Below are positions 25,907 through 33,569 of a stretch of DNA of 55,451 bases, in pieces (the stretch's first letter is position 1; each line of letters opens with the position of its first letter). The notes beneath the pieces were generated by a model. That model was not told the origin of the DNA, searched no databases, and saw nothing but the letters and a program-made list of their open reading frames with translations. The DNA comes from a virus, in IMG/VR virus record IMGVR_UViG_3300045988_024504, positions 1 through 55,451 of that record; one strand, 5' to 3'. A program made the translations under genes and the position numbers.

Positions 25907-26273
25907 TTGCAGCCACCTCTTTCAGCGCATACTTCGTATCCGTGATATGCTCTGCGACCTTGACCACAATGTAATTGAAGGGCTTTGAAACGTCTGTCTG
26001 AAACCAGACGCGCGTGCCTTCATAAAGCGGTGTGTTGCGCTTTTTGCTGGACGAACTGACAACGTAGCTGTAATCCGTGAACGCTCCAAAAGGGTTTGCT
26101 TCCGCAGAACCAGTAGGAGGGCTGACATTCAGCATCAGCTTTGCGGGTTCGCTCCACGATTCGTATGCAGATTCGCCAGTCTCGTTGCCCCATTCGTCCA
26201 CAACAGGCGTTTTCTCGCCGACCGGGTTTGAATACCACAGCGGGCGTTTATCCAGCGGGCTTCCATTGAACAT
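25896..26273 (-). CDS. Head closure / head-tail adaptor protein
   Basis: Called by synteny. Confidence 0.5.
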   Translation of the reverse strand: MFNGSPLDKRPLWYSNPVGEKTPVVDEWGNETGESAYESWSEPAKLMLNVSPPTGSAEANPFGAFTDYSYVVSSSSKKRNTPLYEGTRVWFQTDVSKPFNYIVVKVAEHITDTKYALKEVAASEN

Positions 26274-26617
26274 CAGCCGATAACACCTACTCTCGGAACC
26301 ACTTCATTCAACAGGGACTGCGCCACATCGGAGCTTTCCCACACACGAGTGATGCCGTTGTTGGTGTAGCTCGTCTGTCCGTTTGCGCCGATGTGGTTGT
26401 ACAGTTCCGCTGCAATGCGTATCTGCAACGACTGATACTGCAAGGGCAACTCGTCCGGTCTGTTACCGAAGGGGTAGCCCTGCGCAAATATCTTGTCTTT
26501 GGCGAAATCAAGTAGCAGGTCGAAGAGTGGGTAGTCCTCGTCCGTAATTTCACGGTCAAGTGCAGGAGCAATGTACTGCCCAAGCTTGACTGCCGCTTCG
26601 GAATACTGGTCTCCCAT
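26273..26617 (-). CDS. gp6-like head-tail connector protein
   Basis: Called by synteny directly after the capsid gene. Confidence 0.5.
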   Translation of the reverse strand: MGDQYSEAAVKLGQYIAPALDREITDEDYPLFDLLLDFAKDKIFAQGYPFGNRPDELPLQYQSLQIRIAAELYNHIGANGQTSYTNNGITRVWESSDVAQSLLNEVVPRVGVIG

Positions 26618-26637
26618 GCTGCTTTCCTCCTTTCGCC

Positions 26638-27714
26638 TTAGTAAGCCTTGATGCAGTACACAGCGTCCATGCGCTCAAAGGACGGCAGGACGATTTCGGA
26701 AGCAATAATGTCAGTGCTGACAGGATGGGCTTCCTGCTTCGTAGTAATGGCAACGCCGGTGTTCACAACGGAGACCTGTGCGTTGGAAATGCCAGCCATC
26801 AGGTCAACCTCTTCCGGGGTCGCAACGTAGTACATATTGCCCAGAGAACCAGAAGGAGCCAGCACAACATAGCCATCAGGCAGATACTTCTCCGCAGCTG
26901 CGGTTTCTTCCGGCTTGAACATCTTGTCGTACAGATGGATGCGGATGCCGGATGCGCTTTCGACAACAGAACGTGCATCAGAATCGATAAGAACGGCGGT
27001 GGTGGTTTTCATAACCGTCAGGAAACGGTTTTTGACCTCTTCCGCAGCAATCATCTTGTGGAAGGTGTTCGTATTCATGTAGGCTTCGGTAATGACTTCG
27101 CCAGTGTTCGCAAGAACAGTGTTTGCGGCAGTAGTCATCGTGGCGATGGGGGTTGCAGTGGTAGGAGCATCCCACTTCTCCTTGGTAGTCAGAGCCTTGT
27201 AATTGGACTGCTGCCAAGTGCCATCAGGGTCGTAATCGTAGACGTAACTCACGCCGTTGGATTCGATGGAGATACCGGGCTTGCCAGTCTTGGGAGCCAG
27301 AAGCTGCCATACCATGCGCTCAGGAACGATGCGAGCACCAGTGATAAGCTGTGCAGTATCGTCGTAGACACGATTGATAACATCTGCTGCAAACTCCTGA
27401 TTGGTAGCCAAAACAGAAATGATCTTGCGGCGGTCGCTCTCGTCGATATGCACACCCTCACGAAAGAAGGGCATATTGGTCTCCGTCACCTGAATACCTT
27501 TACGGGTACGGAACGTAGCCTTAGTGTCAAATACGCTAGGCTTCAGCGAAACGCCAACGCCCTTGTGACCGCGAAGCCACTTCAGTTCCATGCTGACCTT
27601 CTTACGGGCAGGGAACAGAGCATCAGAAGCATAGGGCTGCGCATTGGTCGGGTCATTCGTCCAGTAGGCGGCAATCGCAGCAGGGGAGAAGATTTCATTC
27701 AGATTCAGTGCCAT
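26638..27714 (-). CDS. Major capsid protein (lambda gpE-like family)
   Basis: It is 358 aa. The N-terminus LNLNEIFSPAAIAAYWTNDP...DALFPARKK resembles capsid protein E. AAGGAGG precedes the ATG. Confidence 0.8.
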   Translation of the reverse strand: MALNLNEIFSPAAIAAYWTNDPTNAQPYASDALFPARKKVSMELKWLRGHKGVGVSLKPSVFDTKATFRTRKGIQVTETNMPFFREGVHIDESDRRKIISVLATNQEFAADVINRVYDDTAQLITGARIVPERMVWQLLAPKTGKPGISIESNGVSYVYDYDPDGTWQQSNYKALTTKEKWDAPTTATPIATMTTAANTVLANTGEVITEAYMNTNTFHKMIAAEEVKNRFLTVMKTTTAVLIDSDARSVVESASGIRIHLYDKMFKPEETAAAEKYLPDGYVVLAPSGSLGNMYYVATPEEVDLMAGISNAQVSVVNTGVAITTKQEAHPVSTDIIASEIVLPSFERMDAVYCIKAY

Positions 27715-27727
27715 AATTTAGTCCTCC

Positions 27728-28102
27728 TTACTCGCTCTTTGCGCCAACATCGGTACGGCAGAAAACGGCGGGAACAGCCTTTTTCAGAGCGGCAATATCG
27801 TTTGCAGAATAGGTAAAGCCAGACAGCTTTGCCTTGTCCACATCAATAACGCCCTGAATCAGCAGTGCGCCATTGGGGTTGACGGCAGGGTCAACGGTGT
27901 GCAGCAGAATGCCAATGGCGTCGGTAGCCGCATCAGCAGCACTGGTGCCAGTAGTGGCAGCAGCTTTCAGGCCAGTCTTTGCCATAGGATAACCAGCCGG
28001 AACAGCGTTGGTCTCCTTGACGGTAAAGGGAATGGCAACGTAGGTATCAGCAGCCAGAATAGTGCTTTCAGGAGCCGATACCGGAGTATTGGTGTACTTC
28101 AT
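27728..28102 (-). CDS. Head decoration-like protein, 124 aa
   Basis: It lies between the scaffold and capsid genes. It is Ala/Thr-rich and has a strong SD. Confidence 0.5.
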   Translation of the reverse strand: MKYTNTPVSAPESTILAADTYVAIPFTVKETNAVPAGYPMAKTGLKAAATTGTSAADAATDAIGILLHTVDPAVNPNGALLIQGVIDVDKAKLSGFTYSANDIAALKKAVPAVFCRTDVGAKSE

Positions 28103-28112
28103 GTTTTCCTCC

Positions 28113-28697
28113 TTAATGGAAAGCAGTCATTGCGTCACTTGATGCCTTGTTTGCGTCTGCACGCTCCTTCGCAAAGCGTTTAGCAAAGGAAACACCTGCG
28201 CTATCTGCGCCGTCACCATTGCCATCCGCACCCGGAGGTGTGGGCATATCCTTCAGTAGAGAAGCCTTGTATGCGGTGTCGTGGGCGGTCATAAACTCCG
28301 ACTGGAACTTAAACACCTTGTCCATGTCACCGTCAGCCAGTGCAGATGCGGCTTTGTTGGCAAGTTCAGCGTCATAACCCTGTGCAACGAACTTCTCACG
28401 GTAAGATGCAAGGATCTTTTCCTTAACGAGGTTCTCTTTGTCGGCAGTCAGGGCTTCAATCTGCTTCTGCATCTCTTCCAGCCTGTCAGCCTGTTCCTGT
28501 GCAGCATTCTCGTCATCGGTACGCTTTGCCTTGAGCTGCTTCTTGTACTCAGCAGCTTCGCCGTTGGCTTTCGTCACGGCGTTGCGCAGCTTCTCGACCT
28601 CTGCGTTAGGGTCTGCAACCTTTTCAAGCGCAGAGATGATTTCATCGGCGGTCATGCCCTCTTTGTAGGCATCACCAAGCAACACATTGAGTTTCAT
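28113..28697 (-). CDS. Scaffolding protein (GP20-like)
   Basis: MKLNVLLGDAYKEGMTADEII is followed by long charged coiled coils. AGGAGG precedes the ATG at 28697. Confidence 0.7.
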   Translation of the reverse strand: MKLNVLLGDAYKEGMTADEIISALEKVADPNAEVEKLRNAVTKANGEAAEYKKQLKAKRTDDENAAQEQADRLEEMQKQIEALTADKENLVKEKILASYREKFVAQGYDAELANKAASALADGDMDKVFKFQSEFMTAHDTAYKASLLKDMPTPPGADGNGDGADSAGVSFAKRFAKERADANKASSDAMTAFH

Positions 28698-28804
28698 ATC
28701 GTTAATTTCCTCCTGCGTTTTTTTACCGTTGCTTCCCTGCAACGCTGCGAAATTTGTACCCCGGCTTCCCTGCCGGAATATATCAGCCCGAAAATTCGGG
28801 ATGA

Positions 28805-29134
28805 TTACATATTGCCCACAAGTTCTTTGTAGCTAATCCCGCTAGTCAGACCGGGCGATTCTTCGCTATCCGTCCCAACGAAATGAGCATTTTTAACGCT
28901 CGGATGTAAATACTCAATCATTGCAAAATTAGCCACATCAATCAGCCATTCGGTATTCCCCGTTTCGAGATATTTTTGAATACGTGGTTGAATCTCCTTG
29001 ACAGCTTGCGCCAATTCCGGGTAAGTTTGGCTCATCCAGCCATACTTGTAATGAGAAACAAGGATTCGGTTTTGCATTTTCTTGACAAAATCGTCATCCC
29101 AATCCCTTGCAAGGATTTCATTGTTTGATTCCAT
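28805..29134 (-). CDS. Hypothetical helical protein, 109 aa (possible MazG/DUF550-like fold, low confidence)
   Basis: ORF-track frame inserted between the portal and scaffold genes. Confidence 0.5.
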   Translation of the reverse strand: MESNNEILARDWDDDFVKKMQNRILVSHYKYGWMSQTYPELAQAVKEIQPRIQKYLETGNTEWLIDVANFAMIEYLHPSVKNAHFVGTDSEESPGLTSGISYKELVGNM

Positions 29135-30641
29135 CGCTGTTCTCCGGGTTAGTATCGGTAGGCCGTTTGTCTGCTATATTCCCTGCATTTGTGTCGGTAA
29201 CATCCTGTTTAGACTGTTCCTGCGGCTTCGGTGCCTTTCCGTCCTCTCCCAGCTTGCCAGCGGCAATCAGGAAAGGCTTGCTCATTTCATAAGCAGCCTG
29301 CGGGTCGGGGAACAGACCGGGCGTGGTGAACGCCAACTGTGGGTCAATGGTCTGCTGCAACATCTGTGCAAAAATCTGAACCTTACTCTGCTGGTTGTCG
29401 TACTGACGGCGGGGCAATTTGATGTTGATGTCACTTGCCATCAGCTTAGAACCAGCCGTGCCACGCAGGATTTTCAGCATTACAGACAGGCTTTGGCGCT
29501 CAGCATATTTGAACATATTCTCGTACTGCTGCGCCCTCGCTTCGGTGTGATTCCATCCGTTACGGACGATGACTGCGCCCACGTTGTCGGACGTTGCGTT
29601 CTCGCTACCAGTGGCACTAGGCATGGCAGTCAGGCTGCGGTACACGTTCAACATGGAATCAAGAAGGGTCTGGCTCTGCTGCTGGTCAAGCTCATTTGCA
29701 AGCTGTGCGACCGAAGCTGGCTGACCGGAAGATGACTTTAGGCACATTGCGCCCATAGCCTTAACAGCTTTTAAGGCTTCTTCGTCCACAAGGCAGTTGG
29801 TAAACACCATGATGGACTGGATGAACTGCGCCACGCCGTCCAAACGGTTGCTTTCAAGGTCGTTGATGGCATCCAACACAGGAATAGCCGGTTCAAACAG
29901 ACCCATCCGCTCCGGGTTCAGCTTGTATTCGACCATCGGCAACATTCCGAGAGAATGGTTCTCCGATTTCGTAACCTTGCCGTTGTCGATTTCAAAGTAC
30001 TGGTTTGGCGTATACACGCAAATGAGGTCGTTCAAGTCGCTCTGATAATTGCGTGGGATATGCAGCACGTTGGCAATGGGCTTGTGACCAATGCCAGAGT
30101 TGTAAATCACATACGCCATATCTGGGTCGGGAACGTCCACCAGCAGGGGCGTTTCGTCCGGGTAGTTGCCGTTGTACCCCTTGTCAGGAAGAACAATGCG
30201 GTATCCCTGTCCGCACTCCAACATCCACTGCCAGAGCCGCCGATCAAGCGCATCCTTGCCCTCATACTGCAAGGCGTTTGACAGGCGGGCGATTTCCTCA
30301 CCGTCACCAGTTGCCGTTTCAGACCGCACATAAGAGCAAGGAGTGCCACTCATGTAGCCTGTGTAGAAGCCCACGCATTCATTGGCGTGGTTCTCTACAA
30401 TACGGTTGGTGATTTCAGCGTGGTATTCCTTAGTGCGGTGGAGGACAGGCTGGCTACCCAAGTAGTAGTTGTGCAGAAAGCGAATCTCGTTCTTGTTCAG
30501 CAGATGAATAGGCTCTGCCTTGCCCATGACCACTTTCAGCACGTTTGCCCGATTGATTTCCGTCTCCGGCGTTTCAATCGGTCTACGTCCGGTCAGCGGA
30601 TTATTCAAAAAGCCGTCAACGACTATCTGATACTCAGCCAT
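29118..30641 (-). CDS. Portal protein
   Basis: It is about 507 aa and lies downstream of terL. AAGGAGGA precedes the ATG at 30641. Confidence 0.85.
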   Translation of the reverse strand: MAEYQIVVDGFLNNPLTGRRPIETPETEINRANVLKVVMGKAEPIHLLNKNEIRFLHNYYLGSQPVLHRTKEYHAEITNRIVENHANECVGFYTGYMSGTPCSYVRSETATGDGEEIARLSNALQYEGKDALDRRLWQWMLECGQGYRIVLPDKGYNGNYPDETPLLVDVPDPDMAYVIYNSGIGHKPIANVLHIPRNYQSDLNDLICVYTPNQYFEIDNGKVTKSENHSLGMLPMVEYKLNPERMGLFEPAIPVLDAINDLESNRLDGVAQFIQSIMVFTNCLVDEEALKAVKAMGAMCLKSSSGQPASVAQLANELDQQQSQTLLDSMLNVYRSLTAMPSATGSENATSDNVGAVIVRNGWNHTEARAQQYENMFKYAERQSLSVMLKILRGTAGSKLMASDINIKLPRRQYDNQQSKVQIFAQMLQQTIDPQLAFTTPGLFPDPQAAYEMSKPFLIAAGKLGEDGKAPKPQEQSKQDVTDTNAGNIADKRPTDTNPENSDGIKQ

Positions 30642-30733
30642 GCGTTCCTCCTTTCCGGCAAAATAAAAAGCGCAGCAAGACAAACCTGTTAAGGTCTATC
30701 TCACTGCGCTTACAACTGCGCTTCAAAAGCTAT

Positions 30734-30922
30734 TCAGTTTTTAAACTTTGGTACGGAAACCCATGTCTCCCTTGGAAGGTTGGAATCTCCAATTGTAATC
30801 CAATGGCAAAGAGGGCACAGAAGGGAAAACTTACCTTCCACTTCGCCAAGATAACGTCCGCAATCACACGGATTGCCGTTTGCGTCTTTTCGAGGACGCT
30901 TGCATCTAACTTTTGCTACCAT
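30734..30922 (-). CDS. Zn-ribbon protein, 62 aa
   Basis: It has CDC...CPLC pairs and lies between the tRNA and the portal gene. Confidence 0.5.
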   Translation of the reverse strand: MVAKVRCKRPRKDANGNPCDCGRYLGEVEGKFSLLCPLCHWITIGDSNLPRETWVSVPKFKN

Positions 30923-31025
30923 CTGTGCTCCTTTCGTTGGATTTCTGGAAACAGGCTGTTGAGCACAGACCTGTCAGAAGCTACTGGGAAACTGTTCGCA
31001 CTTCCAGCCGTGCTATTCTTCGCCC

Positions 31026-31086
31026 GAAGAAAACCATTGCAGCCTTTACATTCAGTTTGACGGACAGTCAACGGGTCGGCTGCAAT
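31026..31086 (-). terminator. Hairpin terminator just after the tRNA
   Basis: A 9-bp stem attgcagcc / ggctgcaat encloses an inner hairpin and is followed by GGTTTTCTTC on the minus strand. Confidence 0.5.
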
Positions 31087-31088
31087 TT

Positions 31089-31166
31089 TGGTGCTACATA
31101 ATGGATTTGAACCAATGTATGCTCGGATATGAGCCGAGTGCTCTAACCATACTAAGCTAATGTAGC
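31089..31166 (-). tRNA. tRNA with anticodon CAT (Met, or Ile2 if lysidinylated), CCA encoded
   Basis: Hand-folded structure: acceptor gctacat/atgtagc, D arm gctt..gagc containing GG, anticodon stem ctcgg/ccgag with loop ctCATat, T loop ggTTCAAATcc, 3' ACCA. Confidence 0.85.
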
Positions 31167-31167
31167 A

Positions 31168-31514
31168 TAAAAACCCGGCTTGATTGGTTAACCGCTGCTC
31201 TTTGCAATGTCATGCCTAACCATTGCATCGAGAGCCGGGAATAGCAGTGGAGGTTTTGGAGAATAAATCCATGCAAAGCTAGGTAGTTGGTTGTGCTGCG
31301 TAACGAAATCGAACCGTTGCTTGCCAGCCATGGGGGAGACAGACTGGCATTCCCCAAACAATTGGAAACGCAACATATAAAGTCCGGTGAAGGTGAAAGA
31401 GTGAGAAAACCTCCACCGGTGAAAGGAGGAATATGCTTGTTGACACGCACGCGAGTAAAAATGACAAAACCCCGCGTGCAAGCTATTCCTTTAAGGGAAG
31501 CTGCAAAACTTCCT
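31168..31514 (-). ncRNA. Candidate structured non-coding RNA of unknown class (strand tentative)
   Basis: About 350 nt lack a credible ORF. A promoter lies upstream. Several 6-9-bp hairpins and an H-type pseudoknot (tgggg-aat-gccag-tctgtct-cccca-tgg-ctggc) are followed by a T-arm-like aacggTTCGATTtcgtt. Confidence 0.3.
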
Positions 31515-31520
31515 ACGTAC

Positions 31521-31550
31521 ATTATAAGCCTTGTCAAGTGGTGAAATCAA
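31521..31550 (-). promoter_or_regulatory. Promoter TTGATT-18-TATAAT facing the ncRNA/tRNA/portal side
   Basis: On the minus strand the -35 is at 31545..31550 and the -10 at 31521..31526. Confidence 0.5.
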
Positions 31551-31567
31551 ATAAATAGACCCAGCGA

Positions 31568-31583
31568 ACACAATATATTGTGT
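31568..31583. promoter_or_regulatory. Perfect 16-bp palindrome ACACAATATATTGTGT matching the NrdR-box consensus
   Basis: It matches every specified position of acaCwAtATaTwGtgt. It lies 6 nt after the terL stop and 17 nt upstream of the -35. Confidence 0.5.
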
Positions 31584-31589
31584 TTTTAA

Positions 31590-33257
31590 TCAAAAAGGCC
31601 TCTTGACAGGCTCAATTTTGCTGATTCCGTTGTACAATTCATCGGCAAGCTGAGCCAAGCTATCCGGTGCATCATCGTGCGGAACTTTGCCGAGCTGCGT
31701 GAACATCGTCAGCTGTTCCATGAATGCCTTGTACTCTTTCGACTGGTGTTTTTCGTCAAGGAAATAGAACCGTTTGATGTCCGGCGCATACTGGATGATT
31801 CTGGACAGTTTGCTTTGCCCACTGGGCGCGCGCTGGCTGCGAACAGAACAGTGATACCCTTGCTGCCGGAGCTGGCTGTCCACCACATCACAGTATTCAT
31901 CACCGCCGTTGTTTGCTTCGCCACGCACCACATTGATTTTGTGTTGGATGATTTTGCCCACGACTTCCGGTCTGGTCACGGTTTTGTCGCCGTTGTTGAA
32001 CACAAGGTCAGGGATGAACACGGCATCGCCGTACACATAAGCGATAGGACAGGCGGTAAAGTCACCGCCACCCCATGCAATATCCATGACCATAAGCTTG
32101 CGATCGGGCTCGCCATCAGGCAGAACACCGTTAAAGTATCGCAGTTCATCGGCAGGGAATAGCAGACCTTCACGCACATAGGGCTTGCCCATGTACTTTG
32201 CCCACCATGTTGCATCGTCAATACTGGCTTTCATGTCGGCATAGTAAGCATCGTCAAATCCAACGCCGTAGTCATAATTGAAATTGCTGTGTCCGTTCTC
32301 ATCCACAGCAGGAATCACCCGGAATCTGTACTTTGGATTGTCTGCGTACTGGCTTTGGATGCGCCCCAGAGGGTCAAGCACGTTCCAGCGTGTGCCGACC
32401 ATCAGCTCCAATGCGCCTTGCTTTTTACGGTCTTTTAGCTGGTTTAGGTAAGCATCGTACTTGTTGTTCAGACGCTCAACATTCAAGCTTTCCTCTAAGT
32501 CTTCAATCAAGTCATCGCTGTACAGAACGCCACCCTCGCCGATTTCAACAGCACCAGTCAGCGTACCGCCAATAGAGCGGCAAGTCAGGGTGGGGAAGCG
32601 CTTCTTTCGGTTCAGGTCAACGCTTTCATCCTTTGCGCTCTTGTCCACAAGCTGAACGTCAGGAAAGATTTTGCCCCAGTTGTAGGTAACGGGGTCTGTG
32701 ATGATAGACAGCACTTCGCCGTAGAAGCCATTGGTCAGCTTATCAGAATGTCCGCTCATGACCGATGCAACGTCCGGGCGGTTGCCCATAAGCCATGTGA
32801 TGAAGAAAATGCACAGCGTACTCTTGCCTACGCGAGCTGGAAGACTGACCCCCAAGAAATCTATCCGCTTATAGAACAAGTCCTCTAGGTCGTCTGCCAG
32901 CACTTTCAGCACTCTGCGTCTCGGCTGATAGAACTTCTTTTCCGGCGCACGGTTCCATTCAAGATAGATGCAATAACTGTCGAACACATCTTTTGCTTCA
33001 AACAGGTACGTCCGGCTGATAATGTCATAGACCTTCGCCACATCCTCGCCTGTTTTCATCTTGCCCATCACGGCTGCACAGACAGAGCGCAGCTCGCCAG
33101 AATATTTGTAGGCATCAAACCGCTTGTCTTGCGACAAAGCATCTCTCAGGTTTACCACCGCCTGAAACCAGTCCTCATAGACCTGTGCTTCGGTCGGATT
33201 CTGCTTTGCATACGCCTTGATACTGTCGATGATGGCGATACACTGCTTTGGCTGCAT
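31590..33257 (-). CDS. terL: Terminase large subunit
   Basis: It has a Walker A-like LPARVGKST. Its size and its position upstream of the portal gene fit. The start is uncertain (the track gives a TTG at 33311). Confidence 0.85.
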   Translation of the reverse strand: MQPKQCIAIIDSIKAYAKQNPTEAQVYEDWFQAVVNLRDALSQDKRFDAYKYSGELRSVCAAVMGKMKTGEDVAKVYDIISRTYLFEAKDVFDSYCIYLEWNRAPEKKFYQPRRRVLKVLADDLEDLFYKRIDFLGVSLPARVGKSTLCIFFITWLMGNRPDVASVMSGHSDKLTNGFYGEVLSIITDPVTYNWGKIFPDVQLVDKSAKDESVDLNRKKRFPTLTCRSIGGTLTGAVEIGEGGVLYSDDLIEDLEESLNVERLNNKYDAYLNQLKDRKKQGALELMVGTRWNVLDPLGRIQSQYADNPKYRFRVIPAVDENGHSNFNYDYGVGFDDAYYADMKASIDDATWWAKYMGKPYVREGLLFPADELRYFNGVLPDGEPDRKLMVMDIAWGGGDFTACPIAYVYGDAVFIPDLVFNNGDKTVTRPEVVGKIIQHKINVVRGEANNGGDEYCDVVDSQLRQQGYHCSVRSQRAPSGQSKLSRIIQYAPDIKRFYFLDEKHQSKEYKAFMEQLTMFTQLGKVPHDDAPDSLAQLADELYNGISKIEPVKRPF

Positions 33258-33389
33258 AAAAAAATAGGCACCCCCTACCTGAAAATGTAAAGAGTGCCTA
33301 CAACTGCACAAAAATCAAATATTCGGTTTTATGATTTTGCTTCAGAAAATTATTTACTAAAATCCATCTTAATAAATGGGTTGCTCAGT

Positions 33390-33551
33390 TTATTTGACTT
33401 CTTCTGCAAGCTGGTTGATCCTGCGTTTCAGCTCGTCCGCATCGTAGTACAAGGCGTCTGCGATGGCATTGAGAATATCAGACTTGTCGGTGTAATCGCA
33501 CAGCGTTTCAATGAGTTTCAAACTCTGCTCAGACAATTTTACGGTTTTCAT
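33390..33551 (-). CDS. Small hypothetical protein, 53 aa
   Basis: Read manually: MKTVKLSEQSLKLIETLCDYTDKSDILNAIADALYYDADELKRRINQLAEEVK. AAAGGAAAG lies upstream. Confidence 0.4.
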   Translation of the reverse strand: MKTVKLSEQSLKLIETLCDYTDKSDILNAIADALYYDADELKRRINQLAEEVK

Positions 33552-33569
33552 GTCGCTTTCCTTTCGGTT

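Noticed and set aside
31284-31370. A possible second tRNA or tmRNA on the minus strand (T-arm-like aacggTTCGATTtcgtt, acceptor-like gttgcgt/acgcagc)
   Set aside because: No 5-bp stem with a 7-nt loop can be placed where the anticodon arm should be. The closing T-stem pair is G-U. No tag-peptide ORF ending in Ala-Ala is visible. It is kept only as part of the unassigned structured region.
31171-31418. RNase P RNA-like motifs on the plus strand: AAAGTCCGG (CR-I-like), GGTGAAAGAGTG, AAAACCTCCACCGG and AAACCCGGCTTGAT (CR-V-like), which could form a P4-like helix with a bulged U
   Set aside because: The CR-V-like element lies about 195 nt upstream of the CR-I-like one, which is the wrong order for RNase P. 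I cannot place the other helices. CCGGTGAA(A)GG is simply a local direct repeat. I treat the resemblance as coincidental unless a covariance-model scan (Rfam RF00010/RF00011) says otherwise.
31157-31537. Track ORFs of 126, 97 and 62 aa covering the terL-tRNA spacer
   Set aside because: They overlap the tRNA gene, lack ribosome-binding sites and have implausible composition. The region is better explained as non-coding.
31568-31590. The 16-bp palindrome as a simple terL terminator
   Set aside because: The T-run follows the hairpin only on the plus strand, not on the terL strand. The stem is A/U-rich with essentially no loop. It is therefore a poor intrinsic terminator for terL, and I keep it as a candidate protein-binding site.
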